A model generated the notes under the pieces. It did not search any database and had not been told where the DNA came from. It worked only from the letters and a program-made list of their open reading frames with translations. Below are positions 31,498 to 40,784 of a stretch of 64,000 nucleotides of DNA, piece by piece. Numbering within the stretch: position 1 is the first letter of the stretch; each line of letters starts with the position of its first letter. The position numbers and the translations under genes are program-made. Source of the DNA: Planctomycetota bacterium. Its GTDB lineage: Bacteria; Planctomycetota; GCA-002687715; CAIWVZ01. The stretch lies in NCBI GenBank assembly GCA_044222185.1, contig JBGANV010000006.1:344108-408107 (forward strand), in the 5' to 3' direction.

Positions 31498-34446
31498 TCA
31501 CAGACCGAGCACGAGTCGCAACGCGTTCGACGCCCACAGCGTGTTCGACGGGACATCGACGAGAATCGACTGAACCTCCACGAACCCTCCGATCAGCGAC
31601 GGTTGAGCCGGAATGGAGAGCGGCATCTCCGCCCAACCTTCATCCGAGGGGTTCATGGGGAAAGTCAGCGTGGGCGTGACGAGCAGGTTGCAGGTCGACG
31701 ATCCCGGCAGCAAGAGCGGCGCGCTCAACGGCGTGTAGCCCATGGCCAGGACACCCGCGGTTGAACCGACACCCGCGCCGCCGAGGAGCAGCGTGACGGT
31801 CGCGCCGATTCGCGGAACTCCGGTGACCGTGAGGTTCGCCGTCGTCGCGCCCGCACCGGCCCATCCGTATCGGAACTTCCACTGCCGGATCCGGACGAAG
31901 CCGGGGAGCATCTGGTACGGAGTGTTGTTCAGCTCGAACCATGTGCCCGCAGCCGTCGGCGCCCAGACCCAATACGGGCTCGTCGAGTTTCCGCACACCG
32001 AGCTGATGAACCACGGGGCCGCGTTCCACTGCGAGAGCGACACGAAACGATCGTCCCACCAGCGCATCTTCGCGGGGAAATGCAGCACGAGGAAGCGCGG
32101 ACTTCCGGACACGACGGCGATCTGCCCGCTCATGTATCCGCCGCCCGCCGGGTAGTACGCACGCCCGACGCCGAGCACGTTCGGGCCTGGGAAGACGCTC
32201 GGCACCGGGCAGTTGCCCGAACCGCTGACATCGCGGACCTCGCAGTCCATGTAGCCATCGCATGGCGCGTCGACCCAGAACGAGAACGTGACCGTCTGTC
32301 CTGCGGCACCGCCCAGGATATCGAAGGCACGCGTCCCCACGTCCTCGGCCCAGAGACCGCAGAACGGCGCGCTCGCGCAGTCGTTCGTGGTGAACGTCTT
32401 CGCGGGCGCGATGGCGAGGTTCTCCGTATCGAGGGTCGCGGCTCCGACGAGTGGCCCGGTTCCGGTGCAGTTCGCGTTCACGTTGGGGAACACGGGCTCG
32501 ACGCGGGCGCCCGTCACGAACCCGCTCGGCGACGGCATGACGCACGTCGCGAGGGCCACTCGATCCGCCGCGACCGGCATCTGGATCGGTATGACGCGGA
32601 TCGTGAACTGGCCGGACGTGGCGGCCGTGAACGTGGCACGTTCCCACGTTCGGCGCTTTCCGCCCGGCGCGGTTGCACCGACGACGAACGACGAACTCGT
32701 TGCGACCTCAGTGCCCGCGGGATCGATGACGCTCAGGTCGAAGTCCGACCAGTTCGGAGTCGCGGAGAAGTCGTTTCGGAACCACGCGATCGCGACGGAG
32801 ACGACGTCGCCGCTCGTGACGTTCAGGGGGAACGACGTGACCGCGTTCGTCACCGTGGATTCGGAGGTCTGGAGCGACATCCTCTGCGCGTAGGCCGTGA
32901 GGTAGTCGGTGCGGAGGAACCCGGCGCCGTAGAGGTCGTCCGGCTTCACCGGATTCCCGTTGGCGGATCGGATGTCGAGCGCGGTCGCAAGGAGCGCCGC
33001 CCTCGTCATCAGCGCCGAACGGCCCGTGGGCGTGGTGCCCGAGTCCGGGCCTGCCCGGAAGAGGTAGCCGGCGCCCGCGACGTGCGGCGCGGATAGCGAC
33101 GTCCCCTCGTACGTCCGGCTTGCGGTCTCCGACACGTTGGAGGCGAGGACCGTGAGCGTGCCGACGGCCGTGATGTCGGGGTACGGGCGCTCGTAACCGA
33201 GTGGCGTCGGAAAGCTCCCACCCGACGTGCGCGACGGCGTCAACGGACCTCTCGCCGAGAAGTCGCTCACGTTGTGTGCGCAGGGTCCCGCCGACCCCAC
33301 CGCGAGCCCGTTGGCGGCGTACTGAGAATCCCACGAGCTGAACTGTCCCGTGTTCGCCGACGGAACGACGACGAGCACGTCGCCGACGGAGGCACACGTG
33401 TCGAGTGCGACCTGCGTCGAGCTGAGCGGGCTCGGTTCTCCGCCGAACGAGTTCACGGCGACGACGATGTTCAGCGCGACCTTGTTCGCGAGTACCCACT
33501 GCCATGCGGAGTCGAGGATGGCCGTCGTCGTGTACGGAATCCCTCCCGAGACGGCGTTTGCGATGTTGATGCCGACGATCTGCGACGCCGGCGCCTGGCC
33601 GTTGTCGGAGCCGACGTAGCTCGCCAGCGCGCCGCCGGCGATCGTGGCGATCGACAGCCCGTGGTCCGACGGGATGCCTGGCGATCCGGCCGCGAAGTCG
33701 ACGGCTCCCGGCATCTGGACGTCCTGGAGGACGCGCGTCTGCAGCGAGAGGTTGCCTCCCTGGTAGAGCACCTGGTGGTGTCGGCGGGTCGCTGGCGGCG
33801 TCACGTAGTTCGAGTCGAGCTGGGAGTCCAGCACGGCGATGGACAAGCGGTTCGCGGCGTTTCGGCCGCCGGCACCCGTGAACCCGTTCGCCGCCGCAGC
33901 GTCCGAGTTGTGCCCGTTGACGCTCGTCGCGTCGATGAGGGGCCGCATGGCCGTTCCGGAGATCCGACGGTCCGGTGAGACGTCCGCGACCCAGGTGAGA
34001 TTGCGCAGGCGATCCGCGCCCTCCGGCGAGGTCTCGACACACATCGCGTCGACGATCCACCAGCTTTCGGCGACCCGGCCACCGAACGACTCGATCGTCG
34101 TGACGAACTCCGCGCGCTCGCGCGTCACGGTCGCTTCGAGGTCGGCGACCGCCGCCTCGACCGTCTGTGGAACGCCGCTCCGGATGGCCGCTCGGAGTGC
34201 GGCGAAATCGCGGCCCGGGCCTGCGAGCCGCACGATCCACCGGTACGTGCCCGCACGCTCACCGGAGATCAGTCCGGTTTCGTGCGGCACCGCGACGTGG
34301 TCGGTGCGCGTTGGTGACTGGGTGGCCGTCGCCGACTGCGCACGCCCGTCGTCCGTCGCCAACCACGTGAAAGCCAGCGTGACGAGCAACCCGGCGTGGC
34401 GCAGCCATCGCCGAGTGGAGGAAGAGAACCGTCGATCCGAATGCAT
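31498..34446 (-). CDS. Secreted S8 serine peptidase with PPC-like and unnamed C-terminal domains
   Basis: 'AVLDS', 'DHGLSIA', 'GTSLSAPHVAG', 'FSARGP', 'PDITAVG'; signal peptide. Confidence 0.88.
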   Translation of the reverse strand: MHSDRRFSSSTRRWLRHAGLLVTLAFTWLATDDGRAQSATATQSPTRTDHVAVPHETGLISGERAGTYRWIVRLAGPGRDFAALRAAIRSGVPQTVEAAVADLEATVTRERAEFVTTIESFGGRVAESWWIVDAMCVETSPEGADRLRNLTWVADVSPDRRISGTAMRPLIDATSVNGHNSDAAAANGFTGAGGRNAANRLSIAVLDSQLDSNYVTPPATRRHHQVLYQGGNLSLQTRVLQDVQMPGAVDFAAGSPGIPSDHGLSIATIAGGALASYVGSDNGQAPASQIVGINIANAVSGGIPYTTTAILDSAWQWVLANKVALNIVVAVNSFGGEPSPLSSTQVALDTCASVGDVLVVVPSANTGQFSSWDSQYAANGLAVGSAGPCAHNVSDFSARGPLTPSRTSGGSFPTPLGYERPYPDITAVGTLTVLASNVSETASRTYEGTSLSAPHVAGAGYLFRAGPDSGTTPTGRSALMTRAALLATALDIRSANGNPVKPDDLYGAGFLRTDYLTAYAQRMSLQTSESTVTNAVTSFPLNVTSGDVVSVAIAWFRNDFSATPNWSDFDLSVIDPAGTEVATSSSFVVGATAPGGKRRTWERATFTAATSGQFTIRVIPIQMPVAADRVALATCVMPSPSGFVTGARVEPVFPNVNANCTGTGPLVGAATLDTENLAIAPAKTFTTNDCASAPFCGLWAEDVGTRAFDILGGAAGQTVTFSFWVDAPCDGYMDCEVRDVSGSGNCPVPSVFPGPNVLGVGRAYYPAGGGYMSGQIAVVSGSPRFLVLHFPAKMRWWDDRFVSLSQWNAAPWFISSVCGNSTSPYWVWAPTAAGTWFELNNTPYQMLPGFVRIRQWKFRYGWAGAGATTANLTVTGVPRIGATVTLLLGGAGVGSTAGVLAMGYTPLSAPLLLPGSSTCNLLVTPTLTFPMNPSDEGWAEMPLSIPAQPSLIGGFVEVQSILVDVPSNTLWASNALRLVLGL

Positions 34447-34775
34447 GGCGAACGCTCCTGATGATGTCCGGTGAGAACGTCGTGGTCATTCGCGGGAGGT
34501 CCGAACACTCGAAGACGTCACGGGAATCCGCCGCGGCGCAGCTGGCGCGTTGAGCGAACGTCGTGAATGCACGCCATTACGCCGCCGCACGTGACGTCTT
34601 CCGACGCTCGGTCCTTCGCCCATGTGGTGACGGATCGATCTCGCGACCGCCGTGCGATCACGCAGTCAGCAGGCACCTTCCCGATTTCGCGCCGATCGAA
34701 GGAGCGGCGGGTGTCGTCGCAGCGGCCTCGGCTGGGGAGTCGCGAGTCGACGAAGACACCTGCGGAGCACGCCGG

Positions 34776-36296
34776 TCAGTCGCGGCGCACGATCGCGGCC
34801 GCGCGCGCCATGGCGTCGACCTTCGCCGCGGCAACGGCCGCCGAAGCGACGGGATTGGCCGCGAAGGTCGCGAATCCGCAGTCGGAATTCAGGAGCACGC
34901 GCTCGCGGCCGAATCGATCGATCGCGCGTCGTGCCTTCGTCACGATCTCGTCCACGTCCTCGACGCGATCGGCGCGGGGATTCACCACGCCGACTCCGAT
35001 GCGCTTGTCCGACGGGATGGCGCGAAGCGCGTCGATCTCGCCGGAGCGCGGCGTCGACAGTTCGAGGAGGAGCGTGCCCACGGCAGCATCCTTCAGGAAC
35101 GGCAGCAGGGGTTCATAGCCGCCCGTGAGGAGTGCCGCCTCGTCCTTGGTCCAGTTTCCCCGGCAGATGTGCAGGGCGACACGCTCGCGGGGGAAGCCGG
35201 CCGTCAGTTCGGCGATGAGGTCTCGCGCGAACCCGAGCTCGGTCGACGCGTCGCCCTTTTCGCTCAGGGCTCCGCACATGAAGCTGCGCTTCTGCTTGGG
35301 CCCGGTGAAGACGACCTCGGAGAGGACGGGCTCGTCGAACTGCACGAGGGGCGCTCCGGCCGCGAGGAGTGTCGCGAGTTCTTCGCGCAACACACGGACG
35401 ACGTCCCGGGCGAGTTCGTCGCGCGTCTCGTAGGCGCGATTGGTCAGGCACTCGAGCCACATGGTGCGCGTCAAGAGGTATGGGCCCGGCAGCGCCACCT
35501 TCACGGGCTTGGACGTGATCGTCATCGCAAACGCCCATTCGTCGAAGACGATGGGGCGCGAGCGCCCGAGCTTGCCGAACACCACGGGGTGACGGACGTC
35601 CTGCGCCGGCACGTCGAGGGCGCGGAGCTCGGCCTGGAACTCCTCCGGGTCGTCGACCATCGCCGCCAGGTCCGCCAGGGGAATGAGCTGGCAGTTGTCC
35701 AGTCGCCCGCCGACGAAGCTGGCGTAGCTGTCACGGCGCTGCTCGCCGTCGGTGATGACGTCCGCGCCCGCGGTGAGCTGGGCCTGCATCGCGAGGCGGA
35801 CCGCGTCGTCACCCGTCGTGGAGAATTCCACGTCGCTCATCCGGCCCGTCATGTGATCGGCGATCGCCTGGATCATCCACCGAGGCCGCGGCCAGCTACC
35901 CATTCCCATGACCGACAGCGGCGCGATCGCAACCGCCGGCGCGGGCCGCGGAAGGTCGCGCAGGATCGTCACGGGCTGCACCAGCGGCGACGCAGCCGCG
36001 CGGGCCGGGGCCTTCGGCTCGGCCGCCGGTCTCTCGGCCAGCGCTCCCTTGCACACGAGGAAGCTGCGCTGCCTTCCCGCTTTGGTGACGGAGACGAGTT
36101 CGTTCCCCGTCATCCGGCACCAGGACGGGAGATCCTCGTCGACCGAGATCTCGGTCGAGCGGATCTCGAGCAGTTGGCCCCGCTCCATGGGGTCGATGTG
36201 CTTGCGGATGAGCAGGAGGAGCCCGTTGCCGCAGTCGAGGTCGCCGCCATCGAACGAGACGTCAGGGGCGAGCGCGTGGCGGGCTGTGGGCTCCAT
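34776..36296 (-). CDS. TusA-like domain fused to a cobalamin-independent methionine synthase (MetE C-terminal/Mes-type) domain
   Basis: N-terminal 'FDGGDLDCGNGLLL...DLPSWCRMTGN'; 'GSWPRP', 'TDGEQRR', 'QFDEP', Zn ligands 'HICRGN', 'LLE', 'DCGF'. Confidence 0.88.
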   Translation of the reverse strand: MEPTARHALAPDVSFDGGDLDCGNGLLLLIRKHIDPMERGQLLEIRSTEISVDEDLPSWCRMTGNELVSVTKAGRQRSFLVCKGALAERPAAEPKAPARAAASPLVQPVTILRDLPRPAPAVAIAPLSVMGMGSWPRPRWMIQAIADHMTGRMSDVEFSTTGDDAVRLAMQAQLTAGADVITDGEQRRDSYASFVGGRLDNCQLIPLADLAAMVDDPEEFQAELRALDVPAQDVRHPVVFGKLGRSRPIVFDEWAFAMTITSKPVKVALPGPYLLTRTMWLECLTNRAYETRDELARDVVRVLREELATLLAAGAPLVQFDEPVLSEVVFTGPKQKRSFMCGALSEKGDASTELGFARDLIAELTAGFPRERVALHICRGNWTKDEAALLTGGYEPLLPFLKDAAVGTLLLELSTPRSGEIDALRAIPSDKRIGVGVVNPRADRVEDVDEIVTKARRAIDRFGRERVLLNSDCGFATFAANPVASAAVAAAKVDAMARAAAIVRRD

Positions 36297-36311
36297 GTGC
36301 GATCGTGACCT

Positions 36312-36677
36312 TCAGTAGCAGACGCTCGGGGAGCCGTCGCTCAACCACTCGACGAGCTTGGCGCCGCCGACGATCGTCGCACCGGCGACGAGGTTGTTCT
36401 CGTCCAGCTTGCGCCGCTTGAAGCACGGTGAGCAGACGTAGATCTTGCCTCCGCCCTTCGCGAAGTTGTCCATGAGGTCCTTCAGCGGGGCGAAACCCTC
36501 TTCGCGGATGTCGTCCGCATAGCCCTTGCTCCCGACACGCACGCCTTCGGTGCTGAGGAACACCATGGTGTCCTTTCCGCTGCCGAGCGCGGCGGACGCG
36601 ACGACGAACGCCACGGTCGCCTTGTCGGGGTTGTCTTTCGCGTGATTCAGCGTGACGCAGAACTTCGTTGCGGCCAT
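36312..36677 (-). CDS. DsrE/DsrF-like family protein
   Basis: 'DKATVAFVVA...FLSTEGV...GGKIYVCSPCFKRR...GATIVGGAKL'. Confidence 0.88.
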   Translation of the reverse strand: MAATKFCVTLNHAKDNPDKATVAFVVASAALGSGKDTMVFLSTEGVRVGSKGYADDIREEGFAPLKDLMDNFAKGGGKIYVCSPCFKRRKLDENNLVAGATIVGGAKLVEWLSDGSPSVCY

Positions 36678-36679
36678 CG

Positions 36680-36913
36680 TCAGTCTCCCGGTCGTTGGAT
36701 CCAGTAGTCAGGGTGCTCGTGCTCGATCAGTGGGTGATTCGTCATGCGGCACCAGGCGGGAATGTCCTCTCGGGCGCCCGGGTCACGTGCAACGAGGTGG
36801 AGCACTTGACCCTTTCCGAGTCCGCGGACGCGCATGAGCAGTTCGAGAACCAGTTCTCCGCAGCCCATGTCGCCCGCGTTCCATTCCGCATGTTCCGTCG
36901 GTCGCGTGTTCAT
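36680..36913 (-). CDS. TusA/SirA-like sulfur carrier
   Basis: 'WNAGDMGCGELVL...ARDPGAREDIPAWCRMTNH'. Confidence 0.87.
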   Translation of the reverse strand: MNTRPTEHAEWNAGDMGCGELVLELLMRVRGLGKGQVLHLVARDPGAREDIPAWCRMTNHPLIEHEHPDYWIQRPGD

Positions 36914-38070
36914 TTCGCTTCGACACTTTGCGCGTAGGTCAGCTTGCGCGTCCAGCCGTCTTTTTCCGGATGCGCCTTGCCGTCCACTTCGACGTAGGCC
37001 TTCGGCAGCGCGTTCACGACGCCGCCGTTGGCGTCCGGCTTGGGATCGAGCACGAGGTCGCGGCCGGACGAGAACTTCACACGGCGTTCCTCCAGGTTGC
37101 CGAAGTAATAGGCGACCTTCTGAGGATCGGCGCCGGCGTAGCCGTCGGCCGTCGTGCGGCGAACCTTCTCGTCGTTGTCCGCGTCGATCTTGAAGTCACC
37201 CACGAAGATGTCGGCGACGGCGACGTCGTGGGGGATCCAGCCCAGGCCCTCGGCGTAGAACTCGGGCCAGCAGTGGTAGCTCGAGTCCACGTCCTTCCCG
37301 TCCAGCTCCTTCTTCAGGAACACGCCGTAGACGATGCGCGTCGGAATCCCCTTGGCTCGGGCGATCGATGCCCACAGGGAATGGAAGTCAGTGCAGTTCC
37401 CCGTCTTGTTCGTGAGGCAGTAGTCCGTGCTGCCGACCGGGGAGGCCTTCTTGTTCTTGGGGTCCTTCACCCAGTAGTCCACGTTCTGGAGCTCCCAGTC
37501 GTAGATCTTGTGCGCCGCGATGACGGGATTGGTCTCGTCACCGACGATCTCGTTCGCGAGTTTCGAGATGCGATCGTCGATGATCACGTGTTGGTTCGGC
37601 GCCAGGTAGGCCGCCAGTCGCGCTCGGTCGTCCGCCGAAAGTGCATGCGCCTTGGAGGGGTCGGCGTTCGCGTTCACCTCGCGCCGCACGACGCGGAACG
37701 TCTCGACGATGGTGAAGTCCTTCACCGTCGGGTTCGACATCTCGGCGTACACGACGTCGTTTCCGGCCGAGTCCTGCGTCGTGCGCCACGTCGCCGGAGT
37801 CTCGACCTTGAAGTTGGAGATCGTCTGCGCGGGGTCCGATTGCGGCATGGCGAACCAGACACGGACCTTCTTGGCGCCGTCGGGGACCATGACCTTCAGC
37901 TCGTGCCGGACGTCGAAGGATGCGGACTTTCCGTACGTGGTCGACGACGCGTTCTGTGCATCGTCCGCCGACGTCGAGCTCGATGTCGATGAACACGCCG
38001 AGAAGCTGGAGCCGAGGACCAGGACGGAGACCAGGCCTGAGAGCATGAGCGGAAGAGGACGCGAGCGCAT
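36910..38070 (-). CDS. Transglutaminase-like domain lipoprotein
   Basis: Lipobox 'FSAC'; Cys-His-Asp 'GNCTDFH', 'YHCWPEFY', 'WIPHD'; AGGAGG RBS. Confidence 0.88.
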   Translation of the reverse strand: MRSRPLPLMLSGLVSVLVLGSSFSACSSTSSSTSADDAQNASSTTYGKSASFDVRHELKVMVPDGAKKVRVWFAMPQSDPAQTISNFKVETPATWRTTQDSAGNDVVYAEMSNPTVKDFTIVETFRVVRREVNANADPSKAHALSADDRARLAAYLAPNQHVIIDDRISKLANEIVGDETNPVIAAHKIYDWELQNVDYWVKDPKNKKASPVGSTDYCLTNKTGNCTDFHSLWASIARAKGIPTRIVYGVFLKKELDGKDVDSSYHCWPEFYAEGLGWIPHDVAVADIFVGDFKIDADNDEKVRRTTADGYAGADPQKVAYYFGNLEERRVKFSSGRDLVLDPKPDANGGVVNALPKAYVEVDGKAHPEKDGWTRKLTYAQSVEAK

Positions 38071-38291
38071 GAGACCTCCTGTGGGAGTTGCGGGAGCGAG
38101 GAGTGCGAACGCAAGGCGCGGGTGACCGGGCGGGAGCGAGCGTCGTACGTCGGTGTGCCAGGGTGGGCGCCGCGACGGTCGCGAGGTCGCGCCGACGTTC
38201 AGCGACGCGAATGGGATCGATGCGTGCGGAGAGCCTCTGAGTCGGAGGTCGGGTACGGATCGCTCCCGGCGAACGGCGCGAGCGCCTGGAG

Positions 38292-38339
38292 TCAGGTGAA
38301 CCCCGTTCGACAGACGGTGATGATCGTCCCTCGTGTCAC
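38292..38339 (-). CDS. Candidate 15-aa leader peptide MTRGTIITVCRTGFT
   Basis: GTG...TGA ORF just downstream of a sigma70-like promoter in the leader of the sulfur-relay operon. Confidence 0.3.
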   Translation of the reverse strand: MTRGTIITVCRTGFT

Positions 38340-38349
38340 GCGGATGCCG

Positions 38350-38378
38350 CTTCTACACGACGGCGGGAGAAACTGCAA
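38350..38378 (-). promoter_or_regulatory. Sigma70-like promoter for the transglutaminase/TusA/DsrE/MetE operon
   Basis: TTGCAG-N17-TAGAAG on the minus strand, preceded by an A-tract. Confidence 0.45.
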
Positions 38379-38402
38379 CTTTTTCGCCGGTGCCGCGCCG
38401 AT

Positions 38403-40061
38403 CTACCGCGCGTCGCGCAGCGCCGCCTCGATCTCCGCCAGCAGACCCTTCACGGTGGCATCGTCCGGCAGGAGGCTGGCGGCCGTGCGCGCCTCGGCGA
38501 GGGCTCGCGTCAGCTCGCCGCGGCTTGCGAGCGCGATCGCAAGGTTGTGATGGGCGTCCCCGAGCTTGGGGTCGAGCTGCGTCGCCGCGGAGAACTGGAC
38601 GACGGCGGCATCGACGGCGCCGCGCCCGAGCATCAGGGCTCCGAGCTGAACGCGCAGGTCAGCGGCGTCCGGATCGAACCGGACGGCTTCGATCAGATGC
38701 CGCTCGGCGGCGTCGCTCCGCCCCGCGGTGAACTCGCGTCGTCCGAGCACGCGGTGAAACTCTCCCAGGGCTCGGTGAACGCGCGGTTGCTCGAGGAGCC
38801 CCAGTCGCTCGGCGGCCGCGAGGTGATGGCGGATCCGCTCGGCCTCCGCGTCGTCGGCGAACGCGGACGCCTTCGCGGCGTCGAACGCGCGGAGCCCGAG
38901 GAAGGCGTGGTACCGAACGAATGCGGAGTGGATCGCGAGTGCCATCATGCCTGCAAATGCGGCCGCGAAGACGATCCCCGCCGCGCGCGTTCGCCCGCCG
39001 GACCGCAGCGGAATTCGCGCGAAGCGGACATCCTGGCCTCGCATCCACCGCACGAAGAGGACCGCCGCGAGCGATAGGACGATCGCGATCGTGATCGAGA
39101 GAAAGAACGGGATGATGTCGTAGAGACCGCGGAGCACGGCGAGGAGCGCACAGAACAGCACGCCGAGCGCGAGGTCCTCGGGCCAGCTGAAGTCGTACAA
39201 CCGCCGCACGGGCCGGGCCGGTCCAGCACTCGTGATGAGGCCGGGGAGGCCGACGCCGACGTAGAGACGCTGCTCCGGACAGACCGCGACGCAATCGAGG
39301 TCCTTGAGGCACCTCGGGTCGACGATCGTGCCGTAGCGCGCGATCTCCTCGTGAACCCGGACGCGCGAGTCGCAAACCGACGTGCAGACGCCGCAACCGT
39401 CGCAGGAACCGCGAGCGCGGATCCGGACGGGCGCGAGTCTGTCGGCAAGTCCGAACACCGCCCCGTATGGGCAGGCGTAGTTGCAGAACGCGCGCGTTCC
39501 GAGGAAGTAGACGGCGGCGAATCCGACCGTGACGAAGGTGAGGATGGCGATTCCGGGCCCGGGCAGGTTGCGCGTGTAGTTCTCGGTCACGAACGAGGCC
39601 CAGCCCTCCGCGTCACCGGCGACGCGGAAACCCGGCCACGGTCGCCCGGCCGCGATGCGTTCGACTTGCGGCCAGACGAACATGTACCCGGCGACGGCGA
39701 TGGGTATCCAGAGAAACACGCGGCTCCGGATCGGACGGGGAGGCACGTGAAGTTTGCGGAGGATCCACGCCGAGAGGTCCTGCAATGCCACGATGTGACA
39801 TCCCCAGCTGCAGAAGAACCGGCCGAAGATCAGCGTCGAGAGAATGGCGATCGCCATGAAGATGAACCCGGCCGTGACGATCCCGAGTTCGGCCGTGTAC
39901 ATGACTTCGTTGAGCTCGAGCGGCGCCAGCGTGCGTCTCGCGACGAGCCAGTGGGCGAAGTGGGCCGCCATGATCGCGTAGACGCCCACGAGGACCCACG
40001 CGCGCTTGCGTGCGAAGCGGGTCGGATCCGGCACCTTCGTAGTGGGATGCGCGTGCGTCAA
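38403..40061 (-). CDS. Membrane 4Fe-4S binding protein (NapH/CcoG-like) with C-terminal TPRs
   Basis: 'GRFFCSWGCH', 'FCNYACPYG', 'CDGCGVCTSVC', 'CLKDLDCVAVCP', many TM helices, TPRs; TTG start uncertain. Confidence 0.85.
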   Translation of the reverse strand: MTHAHPTTKVPDPTRFARKRAWVLVGVYAIMAAHFAHWLVARRTLAPLELNEVMYTAELGIVTAGFIFMAIAILSTLIFGRFFCSWGCHIVALQDLSAWILRKLHVPPRPIRSRVFLWIPIAVAGYMFVWPQVERIAAGRPWPGFRVAGDAEGWASFVTENYTRNLPGPGIAILTFVTVGFAAVYFLGTRAFCNYACPYGAVFGLADRLAPVRIRARGSCDGCGVCTSVCDSRVRVHEEIARYGTIVDPRCLKDLDCVAVCPEQRLYVGVGLPGLITSAGPARPVRRLYDFSWPEDLALGVLFCALLAVLRGLYDIIPFFLSITIAIVLSLAAVLFVRWMRGQDVRFARIPLRSGGRTRAAGIVFAAAFAGMMALAIHSAFVRYHAFLGLRAFDAAKASAFADDAEAERIRHHLAAAERLGLLEQPRVHRALGEFHRVLGRREFTAGRSDAAERHLIEAVRFDPDAADLRVQLGALMLGRGAVDAAVVQFSAATQLDPKLGDAHHNLAIALASRGELTRALAEARTAASLLPDDATVKGLLAEIEAALRDAR

Positions 40062-40195
40062 ACGATCACCGTCCGCCGGATCCTACGCCCGGTTTCGCCG
40101 GCCCGCGTGACTCGGAGTGAATCGGTGCCGCGGTGGCGGGGGAGATCAGGACTCATCCGCGAGGCGGCGCGTCGGACTCGTCTACGACGACGGGG

Positions 40196-40741
40196 TCAGC
40201 GCTGCGGAGCGTCGTCCTCCGGCTTCCAGTCGTCCGTGATGCCGAACGCCTTCATCCAGTCGTCGACCTCCTGCTTGGAGACGCGCTTGGGGCGATCGTC
40301 GTCGGGGTCGTCCGCGGGGGAGTGCGACGGCGGTGTCTGACTCGGCGAACGTGGAGGTGGCGGCGGAGCATTTGCCACGTCGATGCGCTCGAGGAACTTC
40401 TCGATGCCGAGTGCGTTCGCGCCCACCTGACGCGCGCGGCCGCGGAGCTCGCGGTCGTCGGTGACCAGGGTGACGTTGGCTGCCGTCACCTTGCGGAGGT
40501 CCGCGATCATGGCGTCGTCGGCGCTACCCGAGCGCACGAAGACGGGCGTGACCTTCGTCGACGGCGAGGCGAGGCGCGCGTCGTTCGATGATCGGTCACG
40601 GCTGGCGTCGAAGTAGATCCGCGTCGGCATGCCCGATGGGACGACGGCGCGCAGGAGCTTCTCGCGGGACTGAGCCAGCGTGAACTGCTTGTCCCAGCCC
40701 TTGCGGAGGATCAGGTTGTATCCGTCGACCCAGTATTCCAT
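40196..40741 (-). CDS. NYN/YacP-like PIN-fold RNase domain protein
   Basis: 'VDGYNL', 'YFDA', 'SADDAM', 'VTDDREL'. Confidence 0.83.
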   Translation of the reverse strand: MEYWVDGYNLILRKGWDKQFTLAQSREKLLRAVVPSGMPTRIYFDASRDRSSNDARLASPSTKVTPVFVRSGSADDAMIADLRKVTAANVTLVTDDRELRGRARQVGANALGIEKFLERIDVANAPPPPPRSPSQTPPSHSPADDPDDDRPKRVSKQEVDDWMKAFGITDDWKPEDDAPQR

Positions 40742-40784
40742 GGCGATTCTTCGGGGCTGGCGCCGATGCTACCTTCGCGGCCCC

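Noticed and set aside
38200-38345. Known riboswitch (SAM, SAH, cobalamin, glutamine-II) or selenocysteine read-through at the TGA at 38292
   Set aside because: No full consensus could be matched by eye, and read-through gives only a short ORF with no recognisable motif. Kept only as an unnamed leader candidate.
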